DNA of 64,000 nt, from the NCBI GenBank assembly GCA_963667175.2, contig CAXXXF010000015.1, forward strand, positions 704,001 through 768,000, read 5' to 3'. The translations under genes and the position numbers were made by a program. A model generated the notes under the pieces. That model had not been told where the DNA came from, searched no databases, and saw nothing but the letters and a program-made list of their open reading frames with translations. This stretch comes from Candidatus Latescibacterota bacterium. GTDB taxonomy: Bacteria > Latescibacterota > UBA2968 > GCA-2709665. Below are positions 9,905 through 19,433 of this stretch, one piece after another. Every line of letters starts with the position of its first letter. Positions within the stretch are counted from its first letter, which is position 1.

Positions 9905-11097
9905 TCAAGGGTTCCCCTTATTGAACGCACCTTATCACAAAGCAGTCCTGCGGCCTTATGCACATGATCGCAGGTGGTTGTTCGTCCAAAACCCAGTCGC
10001 ACAGTCCCGGCAGCCAGAACATTGGACAATCCAATTGCTCTCAGAGTTTCCGACTCCTTAAGAGATCCTCCGCTGCATGCGGAACCGGTTGCGAGAGCGA
10101 GTTCCGGTAGGGACGCCAACAGAAGATCCGCATCAACGTCTTCGAATGCGATGCTTAAATTATGTGGAATGCGTTCTTCGAGCGATCCATTTACTTGCCA
10201 CCGACTCAAGTCGGCGAGTCCTTCAAGCATGATCTCGGAAAGATACTTGGCGTGTTTAAAGTCACTTTCGAATTGAGCGCGTGCTAAATCACATGCTACA
10301 CCAAAGCCAACACAAATGGCTACCGGAAGCGTGCCCGGTCTGAGGCGGTTTTCCTGGCCACCGCCCGAGGCTTGAGGTCTAGGGATCTCGGCCCCATTTC
10401 GTATGAAGAGGGCTCCAACACCTTGTGGACCGTAAATCTTGTGGGAGGAAATGGAGCCGTACGTCACGGACGATTGATTCAGTTTCAATGATATCTTGCC
10501 GGCAGCCTGGGTCAAATCGCTATGAAACGGCACCCCAGATTCGGCACAGAGCTCAGCCGCCTCGTCAATTGGCTGGATCGTGCCTATTTCATTGTTGACT
10601 GCCATTATTGACACCAGTGCAGGGTTCGATGCAAGTGCCTCTTGAAGGTCTTCGAGGTCGAGTATGCCATCCTCATTAACGTCAAGGCATCGTACGGATC
10701 TCCCGTCTGCCTCGAGGCCGAACGCAGTCTCCATGACGCTGGCGTGCTCTATCGCTGATATGGCAAGTTCGTCGCCAGCGCGCGTTAAGCCGCGTAGAAC
10801 TATATTGGACGACTCTGTCGATCCAGAGGTGAATGTTACCTCACTGTGTTCGCAACCAAGTAGTGCGGCGACTTTATCGCGTGCTTCCTCGACCGCTTCG
10901 GATGCAGTGCGGCCAATGCGGTGCTCAATGGAATGAGCATTCCACGGTCCTGACATCCAGGGTAACATGGCCTCCAACACGTCAGGAGCGAGAGGGGTAG
11001 TGGCCTGAAAATCGAGAAAAATCGTCTCGTTACGCGCCCTTGAAGCAGCTTCAGCGAAGTCTATCGAAGGCGCATTTTCGATTGTAGTCAACTTCAA
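9901..11097 (-). CDS. sspA: Cysteine desulfurase (IscS/DndA/SspA-like)
   Basis: FLDFQATTP, FTSGSTES, SSHKIYGP (PLP Lys), TGSACS (catalytic Cys); GGGAGG before a TTG start; overlaps the sspB start. Confidence 0.88.
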   Translation of the reverse strand: MKLTTIENAPSIDFAEAASRARNETIFLDFQATTPLAPDVLEAMLPWMSGPWNAHSIEHRIGRTASEAVEEARDKVAALLGCEHSEVTFTSGSTESSNIVLRGLTRAGDELAISAIEHASVMETAFGLEADGRSVRCLDVNEDGILDLEDLQEALASNPALVSIMAVNNEIGTIQPIDEAAELCAESGVPFHSDLTQAAGKISLKLNQSSVTYGSISSHKIYGPQGVGALFIRNGAEIPRPQASGGGQENRLRPGTLPVAICVGFGVACDLARAQFESDFKHAKYLSEIMLEGLADLSRWQVNGSLEERIPHNLSIAFEDVDADLLLASLPELALATGSACSGGSLKESETLRAIGLSNVLAAGTVRLGFGRTTTCDHVHKAAGLLCDKVRSIRGTLE

Positions 11098-11230
11098 CCT
11101 CCCATTGTTGTAGCAACGGAAAGTTCAATTGTCTGGCCACTTGTTTCAATCGCAAACTTCGAACGAAGATTGGCGGGGCGGTGCCAGGCGGCGGCGCAGA
11201 GAATATTTGCTGACGCTTTTGTCTTTGCGA

Positions 11231-12568
11231 TCACGCGACGTTCCGCACATCGATTTTGCCGGTTACAGCAGCCGAAATCAACGTCGCACGCAGCTCCTTT
11301 AGACGTTCGATAGCCTCGCGAACTCTGGTAGCGAGCGTGTCAATCTTTGCTGTTTCGTGGTCAAGGAAGGCTGCGATGGCACATTGTTCGTCTAAGGGTG
11401 GGAGAATCACATCCAAACAGGCGAGTTCACTCGGATTTATTGCGGGGTAACTCACGCCGACAGAATGCGCCACGACACGTTCAACAAAATACGGAGCGGA
11501 CGCTACATAGGCAACATATCCGTAGTCCATCTGTCGTGGGCGTAATACCGCGAATCCTGTGGAAACAATGAGGTTTGCATCGGAAGTCTCAATTTGGGCG
11601 ATGGCTCTCAGATAGGTGCGAACTGTGGAGACGATAACGTCACCCTTGCGCACAATGCGGCGAGCTCGAGAAGGTGCGTTCTCAAACACCATCACTTCGG
11701 AATCTGTGATTCCTTGAATGGAATCGACGTTCCCAATATCAACGTATGCAATTTCCATACCTGGGTCGGTAGTTTCGGGCAGGGTTTCGTCGTTTATTGT
11801 TGCAGCATGTTTCAGCCGCTTCACCTCCCAATGCGCGGGTAGCTCGCCTAGCCACTCGACGCCCGACTCCTTCATAGGCGCATCGGGATCGAGGCCCTTC
11901 GTCACGGCGTGGCTGATGAGCGCGGCGCGCTTCTCTTGGAGCAATTCGATCAAACGCTCCTTTTTCTTAACGAGCGCGTCGATCCTGGCCGTCTCACGGT
12001 CCAGAAAGTCCGCGATCGAGCGTTGTTCGGGGAGGGGTGGGAGTGCGAATACTGCGGAACGAACGGAATCACCAGTCAGCCCGAACCTCGTGATGCCGTT
12101 GGCCGAAACGTGAAACTGATCTCGCGGTCCAGTCGCAGCAATCAATCTACTAAGGAACCGACCATCACAATGACCAAATGGCCGTATGTGGGCTAAGTGG
12201 TAACCGCATAAGACACCAGGCAGATCCTCGGAGACTACCGCTGGAACTGCTATGTCCATCCAGGTCTCCGAATCCTTAGTAATTAGGACATCGCCTGACT
12301 GCAGTGAGAAACGACGTACCTGTTCCTTCGTTGCAGTTGCGGGCATGAATTCCAGACTCTCGTCAATGTGCTCATTGTAATAGACATCCACGTAGTTGCA
12401 TAGCTGTACGAAATCTTGCCCTTCCGTGGACTTCTTATCGACGTTGCTCAGCTGAACTGTGGCAAACGACTTTAGCCGGGCCACGTCCCAATGAGCCGGC
12501 ATTTTTCCCAACCACTCGATGCCGGAGTCCTTGTATTCCGGGTAAGGCTGGAGGCGAGTGGGTGTCAT
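11231..12568 (-). CDS. hsdS: Type I restriction-modification specificity subunit
   Basis: YPEYKDSGIEWLG and MKESGVEWLG repeats, two PPLxEQ motifs, LISAAVTGKIDVR end. Confidence 0.93.
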   Translation of the reverse strand: MTPTRLQPYPEYKDSGIEWLGKMPAHWDVARLKSFATVQLSNVDKKSTEGQDFVQLCNYVDVYYNEHIDESLEFMPATATKEQVRRFSLQSGDVLITKDSETWMDIAVPAVVSEDLPGVLCGYHLAHIRPFGHCDGRFLSRLIAATGPRDQFHVSANGITRFGLTGDSVRSAVFALPPLPEQRSIADFLDRETARIDALVKKKERLIELLQEKRAALISHAVTKGLDPDAPMKESGVEWLGELPAHWEVKRLKHAATINDETLPETTDPGMEIAYVDIGNVDSIQGITDSEVMVFENAPSRARRIVRKGDVIVSTVRTYLRAIAQIETSDANLIVSTGFAVLRPRQMDYGYVAYVASAPYFVERVVAHSVGVSYPAINPSELACLDVILPPLDEQCAIAAFLDHETAKIDTLATRVREAIERLKELRATLISAAVTGKIDVRNVA

Positions 12569-12601
12569 GGCGGGCTTGAGACCTTTCTACCAGTGGCGCT
12601 C

Positions 12602-12695
12602 GATTCTCACGGTCATCACGCCATCGCGCAGGGTTGTCGATGATGTCCTGACGAATTCGATTGAGAGCGGCTGCATTCCGTATGGCGTGTTCTTC
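12602..12695 (-). pseudogene. C-terminal remnant of a REP-associated tyrosine transposase (RAYT)
   Basis: Translates as EEHAIRNAAALNRIRQDIIDNPARWRDDREN, resembling the RAYT end HIIRN...IRxYIxxNPxxW with catalytic Tyr replaced by Asp; abuts a REP. Confidence 0.7.
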
Positions 12696-12726
12696 GTAGG
12701 GGCAGGTTTGAAAACCTGCCCCTACC
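12677..12726. repeat. GTAG-type REP palindrome plus 19-bp flank (copy 1)
   Basis: TCCGTATGGCGTGTTCTTC-GTAGGGGCAGGTTTGAAAACCTGCCCCTAC; near-identical direct copy at 26143-26191. Confidence 0.8.
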
Positions 12727-12761
12727 CGTGTGGCATCGAAAGGCGCGTTCGCGATGGCCTC

Positions 12762-15700
12762 TCAATCCATCTCTTCTCGCAGGTTCCTTCGAGCTTGATC
12801 GAACGGAAGGAAATTCTCGTCGCACCATCGGTTGAGATAGCGGCTCGGATCTTTCGCCAACCCACGGAAGAGCGCAGCCGCCCACTTTGCCCATTCGTCA
12901 TTCTTATTTTTGCCAATCAACGCTCCGAACACGAAATCGGTGGCCTTAAGGGTTTTTGAATCAACGGGAACGTCGGACACGACAATGGGCCGGGCGCTCG
13001 CCCAAAGAGCATTGATGAATTCGGCCCCAAGGGCAGTATGCGACTTAATATCAGCGCCCGTGTGACCTATATAAGTACACAGAGCCTGTAATTTGAACAG
13101 TTCCGGGCTTTCGTCGCGTTCGAACGCAGAAAGTAGGACTTGAACGCGTAGCGAGACATGCCCGTGACGATGCGCTGCGAGGTAAACAACGGCGTCAGAG
13201 TACGCGTTGGGAGACATTGTTGCGTCTTGTACGGCACTCATGAGTACCGCCTGCAACCAGACACTTTTGGTGCCGAACGCCCTCCCGGCCAGTTGACGCA
13301 TCATCAGATCCTCGCAGACCAGCAGTCGTTTCTTTCCGGCCATGACTGCGGGAGCGAATGCATCCTTGGGAGGAAGCCCAACCAGTAATTCGCCCAGATC
13401 CGAAAAATGGTCAGGAAACTCGATCGGTTCCACCTCGCAGGCTTCTTCAATCTTCGCAATCCGTGCCTTGAGTTCCTTCAGTCTTTCAGCGCGTTCGTCC
13501 GCTGTCTCAGTGTATCGTATGAATTCGCCATTTCGATATCCCAGGCTTAAAGAGGTTCCGCCGCCACTGCAAGCAATTCCGGCAGCCATCGCCTTTATAC
13601 GACCCAGCTCAGAAGCCGGGATCGTGAGGGATCCTAAGCGTTCTTTCAGAACCAGGAATATATCGAGAGCTGCTGCATGCCATGCAGTCAGCGCATCGAG
13701 CAAGGCGCCCGAACGTCTATGAACCGTAACCAGTGCAAGTGCTTGTTTTAGTTCCTCTGCCGTCCCGCTACAAGCGCGCAGTTGTAGGCCTGCAGAGTAA
13801 AGATACTGGGCGAAGGCGATTCCGCCGCCTGGCGTATCTCCGGCAGCGACGGCGATGGGTAATCCTTTTTCCAGATATAATTCCGCACGCACTCCTGCAT
13901 CGTGACTCTGACGGCGTACTTGCTCCAAAATGGGCTCGATATCGTCTTCGCGCATTGTCAAAGAGGCAAATCCCCGTGCGTCCGGAAACATCTGACCGAA
14001 ATTCTGGGTGAGGTGATAGAAAGCCTGCAACCAGATCGGCTTTACTTCCGATACGGCCCATATTTTCGTTTGACCCATGGGGTTGGCGTATTCGAACACG
14101 TCATCGACCTTTAACCCAAGGGACCTGGCGATGAAGGGATTCGATGGATCGATTTTCTGGCCCCAGGGCCTATCTGCCGATTCGCCGACCAATGCTTCGA
14201 AGCTATCTCCATTGCTTTCGGACAGGCGAACCCAGACACCTGTCGCAACCTTTCCGCCAAAACTGTGGTCCTGCCGGTCCCAAGTAGAATTCAGGACGAG
14301 CCCGAGGTATTTCAGGACTATGTTGGGATCGTCAAGACCACAAATAAGGGCCTCATACCCCAAATTGAGTGCTCGTTCACGATAACCAAACCGAGCAATC
14401 ACATGGCTGAATTCTATGCGCTCAAGGTGCGACCCGGGCAATGCGTCTACGCCGTCACGCTTGAGGAGAGCGACAACGGAAATCCGGTCGCCAATCACAA
14501 CAAGTGTACGGATTAAATACAAGAGATTTTCGAGACAGGGCTCTTTCTCAAAAGCGATTGAAAAGTGGTCAACCGCGTCTTGGGGGAAGCCACGGTTGAA
14601 GTGACAAACCCCCTCCAGTCGCTGGAAGTACGCGAGGCCGCGCAGCTCGGGGGCAAGCCCCTCGAAAAATCGTGTCGCGCGATGGCGTATCGGGACATTA
14701 TAGACAAGCGCGTGAGCCAGCATCCGTAACTCTTCGCTAGCGCGATCCAAGCGCACATGTCCGTCCAATGTATCAGCGGCGAGATTGAACTCCTGGCGCG
14801 CCATTGCTTCTGCGGCAAAACGTCGACGACAAGCGGGACCGTTGTCACCGTTTGCGAATGCCGTAGAAGCAGCTTTGAAAAAGGCGTTCGAAAGATCGTC
14901 CAATTCGTTAAGGCGAGCGATCTGTGCCAGCAATGACAACGCGCGTGTGTCTCCCTTGTATTTGGACTCCTCTCCCTCAAGGATTGACGGTCGTTCTTCC
15001 TTAGCCGCGAGCTCTACTCTCGCGAGCGTGCGAGTCGCGCGGGCAAGATCCCGTTCCGATTCGGGGAAGGTCTCCAGATGGTCGTCAACAATCTGCACGA
15101 CCGTATTCCAATCCTCCAAAGTCACATGGATGTTCAGCTGCAGTGTCGCGGTCTGCGCATTGATTTCTATCCCTGAAATCACATCTAGTGCCTTCCGGGC
15201 CTCGCCTTCCTCCATTAATATAACGCCAACGTGTTCCTTGATTGTGCCGTCGTCAGGGAAGCGCTCAAGTGCCTCCTTAGCGGTCTTGGCGGCCTCTTCG
15301 TTCCTACCCCGTAGGCGATAAGCTACCATAAGGTTTAGCGCAACGGAGGCTTGGGCCCCTCGGCGATGCGCTTTGCGATCTCGAATTTCAGGCCATCGGG
15401 TTTCGTATATCTCGATAGCTTTGTCAACATCAGTCAGTGCGCTGTCATTGAGAACGTGGCTCCGGACAAATCTATCGTCAGCAATTGCGCGGGAAAGAAG
15501 AGCGCAGGCGTAGAGTTCGTTCAACTCCACGTTTTCAGGGTTGCTGTTATGCGCTCCAATCGCAGCGTTCCACCACGCGTCAGGCGCGCCACGTTCCATT
15601 AACCAGGCAACGTTGGCTTCGACAACCTGAGGAGTGTTTTTGACCGTATCGGGAACATGTTTCATCGGATCGACTATTGTTTCGTCGTTCTTAAGGCCAC

Positions 15701-16664
15701 GGACGTAGTACGCTGCGAGAGCGGCATTGTTCGGATTCTCCGATAGTTTGCGCTCCGCGAATACCTTGAGGCTTTGCCAATCCTCCCTGATAAGAAATCC
15801 AAACGCCTTGTTGGCGATCGCTTTCGGATCGTCCGGAGAGAGTTCCCACGCCGCGATAAATGCGGTCGCGGCTTCCTGTTCATCCCCGAGTTCGAAATGG
15901 CACGTGGCGATATCCGTAGCCACCTCGAATCGAATATGATTGGGGACGTCTTCATCAGGTCTCGGCTGAAGCTCTAAGAGCGACCTACGTGCCGCGTCAG
16001 GATTGGTGTGCAATATTGCCCTGATGGCATTGAGAAGGTGCTTGTATCCCAACAGAATTGCTGCTTCGGACAGTCCCACCTGAGTTGCTCTAGGTGCAGC
16101 CAGATTGTCACTTACAACAAACTTAGTGATTGTCCGCGTATCAATTTTCTCATGTAGGTCTTCTATTCTCTGTTGCATGCGGTCAATGTGCACTGTATAG
16201 GAACGATCGAACGCTTTTTCTGCTTTGGGATGGCGGCGAATTTCACGCTGCAGGCTATCCCAACCGAAGACGCGAATCTTAAGTTTTCGACCGTGGCTTT
16301 CTTTTATTTCTGCGTACAATTCAGACGCGAGGTTCTGAAGACGAACGTCATCGGCAGCGGTGGTTGCAACAATGTACTCCGTTAAAGGTCGTTCAAAAGT
16401 CAACGCCTTCTCCACCTCTTTCCTGACTTCATCTTCGCCAAGCGTTCGCCCTTCGCCTCGGAGTTTGCATTGGATTCCGACGGGTTGTTCGGGGTCACCA
16501 TCACGGTAGCCGAGTATATCGACACCGTGTTGGCGTTGGCCACGGCGGCCATAAATCTGAGCTGTAGGATCGTTCAGAACACAACGCCACAAGACTTCGT
16601 TGCACCGCTCGAAGACTTGCTCGTCGGTAGGCTTGCGAATCTGTATCGCGCCGAATTCGGACAT
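12762..16664 (-). CDS. Multidomain defence-type protein: restriction-endonuclease-like N-terminus, TPR repeats, GreA/B-like segment and C-terminal PIN-like domain
   Basis: FE...YGRRGQRQHGVDI...GIQCK (Mrr-like D..QxK); helical TPR-like repeats; IDPSNPFIARSLGLKVDDVF; LLDALT...LLVCEDLMMR. Start chosen at ATG 16664. Confidence 0.65.
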   Translation of the reverse strand: MSEFGAIQIRKPTDEQVFERCNEVLWRCVLNDPTAQIYGRRGQRQHGVDILGYRDGDPEQPVGIQCKLRGEGRTLGEDEVRKEVEKALTFERPLTEYIVATTAADDVRLQNLASELYAEIKESHGRKLKIRVFGWDSLQREIRRHPKAEKAFDRSYTVHIDRMQQRIEDLHEKIDTRTITKFVVSDNLAAPRATQVGLSEAAILLGYKHLLNAIRAILHTNPDAARRSLLELQPRPDEDVPNHIRFEVATDIATCHFELGDEQEAATAFIAAWELSPDDPKAIANKAFGFLIREDWQSLKVFAERKLSENPNNAALAAYYVRGLKNDETIVDPMKHVPDTVKNTPQVVEANVAWLMERGAPDAWWNAAIGAHNSNPENVELNELYACALLSRAIADDRFVRSHVLNDSALTDVDKAIEIYETRWPEIRDRKAHRRGAQASVALNLMVAYRLRGRNEEAAKTAKEALERFPDDGTIKEHVGVILMEEGEARKALDVISGIEINAQTATLQLNIHVTLEDWNTVVQIVDDHLETFPESERDLARATRTLARVELAAKEERPSILEGEESKYKGDTRALSLLAQIARLNELDDLSNAFFKAASTAFANGDNGPACRRRFAAEAMARQEFNLAADTLDGHVRLDRASEELRMLAHALVYNVPIRHRATRFFEGLAPELRGLAYFQRLEGVCHFNRGFPQDAVDHFSIAFEKEPCLENLLYLIRTLVVIGDRISVVALLKRDGVDALPGSHLERIEFSHVIARFGYRERALNLGYEALICGLDDPNIVLKYLGLVLNSTWDRQDHSFGGKVATGVWVRLSESNGDSFEALVGESADRPWGQKIDPSNPFIARSLGLKVDDVFEYANPMGQTKIWAVSEVKPIWLQAFYHLTQNFGQMFPDARGFASLTMREDDIEPILEQVRRQSHDAGVRAELYLEKGLPIAVAAGDTPGGGIAFAQYLYSAGLQLRACSGTAEELKQALALVTVHRRSGALLDALTAWHAAALDIFLVLKERLGSLTIPASELGRIKAMAAGIACSGGGTSLSLGYRNGEFIRYTETADERAERLKELKARIAKIEEACEVEPIEFPDHFSDLGELLVGLPPKDAFAPAVMAGKKRLLVCEDLMMRQLAGRAFGTKSVWLQAVLMSAVQDATMSPNAYSDAVVYLAAHRHGHVSLRVQVLLSAFERDESPELFKLQALCTYIGHTGADIKSHTALGAEFINALWASARPIVVSDVPVDSKTLKATDFVFGALIGKNKNDEWAKWAAALFRGLAKDPSRYLNRWCDENFLPFDQARRNLREEMD

Positions 16665-16731
16665 GAAGGTCGACCTTGATGATATTGTCGTCTTGTACAG
16701 TTCGTCTGGTACAGAGCCCGGAATGACGCTA

Positions 16732-16763
16732 AATGTCGGCACTTAGATATATCTGCCGACATT
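16732..16763. promoter_or_regulatory. AbiEi-type operator inverted repeat (copy 3)
   Basis: AATGTCGGCA-N12-TGCCGACATT, a perfect inverted repeat. Confidence 0.65.
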
Positions 16764-16820
16764 CGCATACGGCCCTGTTTCAGCCGGAAGCGGAGCGACC
16801 CTGTATTCCGTCATACATGC

Positions 16821-17744
16821 CTATTCGTATCTCCACGGTCCGCCCGCCTTCCAACTCCCATGGAAACCACTTCTGCGCGCCAACGCATCCCACGGTTCTC
16901 TGAAAAACGACATAAGACGGTCGCCCAAAGAACTGAAATCTGCGGGCGCACCCAAAAGCGCGTTCCGTTCCACATAGGTACGCCACTGTCCGGCATGTTC
17001 GGCGTCAGCGTAAAAACGGGGAGTCATAGCAACAGGGAGAGTCTGTGAGAATGAGGTACGGCGTCGATCGAAAGTCGCACGCATAGCTCTTACGAGTTGA
17101 TCGCCCTCAAAAGAGAATTGCTTTACCAGGGTATAAAGATCGTAAAAGTCCTTGTTGCGGCTGTTTCTTTCGCCGAGCACGACCATCGCATGAAGCTTTT
17201 CCGCAACGACGGCCTCCCGAGGGTAGACTCGGATATCCGGACTGGGATTGTCGAGCAAGGTCTTGTAAAGAGTGTCCTTGGGAGGCGGTTCGACGGCATT
17301 TCCAAAGCCAATGTCGATCTGCATATTTACGCGTGCGTTATCCAATGTCGCGTTGAAACGCACACGGAGACTGTCATACATGTCCTGATCGCGAATGGTT
17401 TCGATCTCGATGTTGTTAAAGTCGAAGGCAACTCCGTCTTCGTCAACCGGAGTCTGACAGATTTCCTGGATTGAGGACTTAACGTCGCCAAACAACGAAC
17501 TGCCGTAGCCCGTGAAATCGAGGTCGCGTGTCGGTCGGTAGACTGCTTCGCCCCAATGGACAAGGAGCATGGCGCCCTTCAAGATATAGCGATTACGATG
17601 CGGTGACTCTCCAAGTCGATAGAGGAATCGCTCTGCCGCGTATCGCTCCAGCAGGAACTGAAAATCCTCACCAGTTTGGCGACTCCGGTTCAGCAGCCTT
17701 GCACGTACGGATGCGCCGACATTGCGGGGTTTTTCGCGTGTCAT
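16821..17744 (-). CDS. AbiEii nucleotidyltransferase toxin (type IV TA)
   Basis: ERFLYRL, YILKGA, RPTRDLDF, DIGFG, VAEKLHA, NSRNKDFYD. Confidence 0.9.
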   Translation of the reverse strand: MTREKPRNVGASVRARLLNRSRQTGEDFQFLLERYAAERFLYRLGESPHRNRYILKGAMLLVHWGEAVYRPTRDLDFTGYGSSLFGDVKSSIQEICQTPVDEDGVAFDFNNIEIETIRDQDMYDSLRVRFNATLDNARVNMQIDIGFGNAVEPPPKDTLYKTLLDNPSPDIRVYPREAVVAEKLHAMVVLGERNSRNKDFYDLYTLVKQFSFEGDQLVRAMRATFDRRRTSFSQTLPVAMTPRFYADAEHAGQWRTYVERNALLGAPADFSSLGDRLMSFFREPWDALARRSGFHGSWKAGGPWRYE

Positions 17745-18334
17745 AGATGAAGCGCCTTCAGGTAGATCCGCATAACCGTCTGCGCGCGGCAGACTTCAGC
17801 GGCACGCACAATCTCATCCACGGTCGCTGAACGCGATCGCAGCGCATCGTCAAGCGCCTCAAGCGCTATATCGAGTCCGAGTTTGTTGCGATAGCGGAAA
17901 CAATCGACAACGGTTCGGGCTGGCGAAGTGATGCGAAAGGGCACCCCAAGCGCAGACTGGAGGGTTACGCCATAGGTTAGCATCGGGCCGGAAAAACGCA
18001 CTATACGTACCCGGGCGGGCGGGTGTGTGGGTTTGCGGGCCTTTCGGTCCACAGCGATCCAGACCGCATGGGGAGACTGTGTACCGATATCATGGTAGCG
18101 AAGCGCCGTGAGCAGGCACATGATGGCGTTCGGAATCGCAGCAGCTACCATGGCGATCGTCTCTGCCTCTGTTGATTCCACCTCGGAAAGCCGATAAAGG
18201 CCGTTTCCCATATTGTCGACGAGTCCTTCAGCCACAAGACCCATGAGTCTTCGATGTGAGATCCCGAAACGGACAAGGTCTCTAGGTCGAAAATAGGCAC
18301 CTATGCCGGCTTTCTGTAGTTGAGCGATATCCAT
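17741..18334 (-). CDS. AbiEi family antitoxin/transcriptional regulator
   Basis: GNGLYRL, CLLTALRYHDI, TSPARTVVDCFRYRNKLG; 4-bp overlap with the toxin gene. Confidence 0.9.
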   Translation of the reverse strand: MDIAQLQKAGIGAYFRPRDLVRFGISHRRLMGLVAEGLVDNMGNGLYRLSEVESTEAETIAMVAAAIPNAIMCLLTALRYHDIGTQSPHAVWIAVDRKARKPTHPPARVRIVRFSGPMLTYGVTLQSALGVPFRITSPARTVVDCFRYRNKLGLDIALEALDDALRSRSATVDEIVRAAEVCRAQTVMRIYLKALHL

Positions 18335-18360
18335 AAGTCAACCGCTTGCGAAGCGAATTT

Positions 18361-18394
18361 AAATGTCGGCACTTAAACATAACTGACGACATTT
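18361..18394. promoter_or_regulatory. AbiEi-type operator inverted repeat (copy 2)
   Basis: AAATGTCGGCA-N12-TGACGACATTT just upstream of abiEi. Confidence 0.7.
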
Positions 18395-18479
18395 AATGCT
18401 GATTGTCGATCCTGTTTGCACACCCAACGACGTATCCGTGCGCCGAGTCGCGCCGTCACAGTGCCAATAAATGATGGTG

Positions 18480-19433
18480 TTAAACTCGGTCTGTGCTCTC
18501 ACCTCTCTTGGCCGAGACTAGCCGCCAGGGTCCACCAGCGGGCCAACAGAGGTCGAACGAAGTGTCCCTTAGGACGCTTTCACGGATAGGCTCGAGAAAT
18601 CTCCGCAAGCGCGCACCTACTGTTTCGAATGACTCGGGCGGCGGTGTCAGGAGCCCCATCTCAGTCCGATAGTTGCGCCACAGCGTGTTCTGGTCAGTAT
18701 CCGAGTAGAAATCCGAAGTGAGAGCAACGGGAGTCCGGGAATTCAGATCCGTGCCACGCCGATGGAAACAGTCGCGGACGGCCATGCGGAGTTCTCTGCC
18801 GTCAAAGAAAAACCGATCCGATAGAGCCCAGATGTCATGGAAGTCTTTCATGCGGCTATTGCGCTGTCCAAATCGCACCATGGCTTCGAACTTCTCGGCG
18901 ACGCTTGTCGACAGTGGATAAACCAGGAGAGAGGGTTCGGGGACACCGTCTATGAGGGTCTTCAGATTCGCTTGCTCAGCCCCGGAAGTGACGACATCGC
19001 CAAAACCAAAGTCCACCTGAATCAGAACTCTCGCTCTTCCAAGATAACAATTCAGCTTGACGCGCTGGCTCGGGAAAGCTTGCCCCGAACGAATCAATGA
19101 GATTCGCAAGCTATTGACATCGAAGACCAGGCCATCCTCGGGGCAGAGAACGTTGCAGATGGTTTGCATAGTTTCTCGTAAAGACGTTTCGTCAACGCCA
19201 CCGGAGGTCGCTAACAAATCGATATCCCGAGTAGCGCGGTAGGGTTCATCCATCCAAACACCAAGCGAAGTCGCGCCCTTGAGTATGAAACGATCACGTA
19301 CAGGACAGGCTCCGAGGCGATATAGGAATCTTTCGCAGGCATATCGCACGAGCAAGAACTGGAACTCAAAGCCACTTTCCTTTGCCTTATTGTACAGGCG
19401 AGCCCGGATGGACGCCGCGAAATTGGTGATCAC
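18480..19433 (-). CDS. AbiEii nucleotidyltransferase toxin, second paralog
   Basis: ERFLYRL, FILKGA, RATRDIDL, DFGFGD, VAEKFEA, NSRMKDFHD. Confidence 0.9.
   Translation of the reverse strand: MITNFAASIRARLYNKAKESGFEFQFLLVRYACERFLYRLGACPVRDRFILKGATSLGVWMDEPYRATRDIDLLATSGGVDETSLRETMQTICNVLCPEDGLVFDVNSLRISLIRSGQAFPSQRVKLNCYLGRARVLIQVDFGFGDVVTSGAEQANLKTLIDGVPEPSLLVYPLSTSVAEKFEAMVRFGQRNSRMKDFHDIWALSDRFFFDGRELRMAVRDCFHRRGTDLNSRTPVALTSDFYSDTDQNTLWRNYRTEMGLLTPPPESFETVGARLRRFLEPIRESVLRDTSFDLCWPAGGPWRLVSAKRGESTDRV

Noticed and set aside
4786-11097. BREX type 4 or DndABCDE interpretation
   Set aside because: No pglZ/brxL and no dndB/D/E recognisable; gene set and order fit SspABCD.
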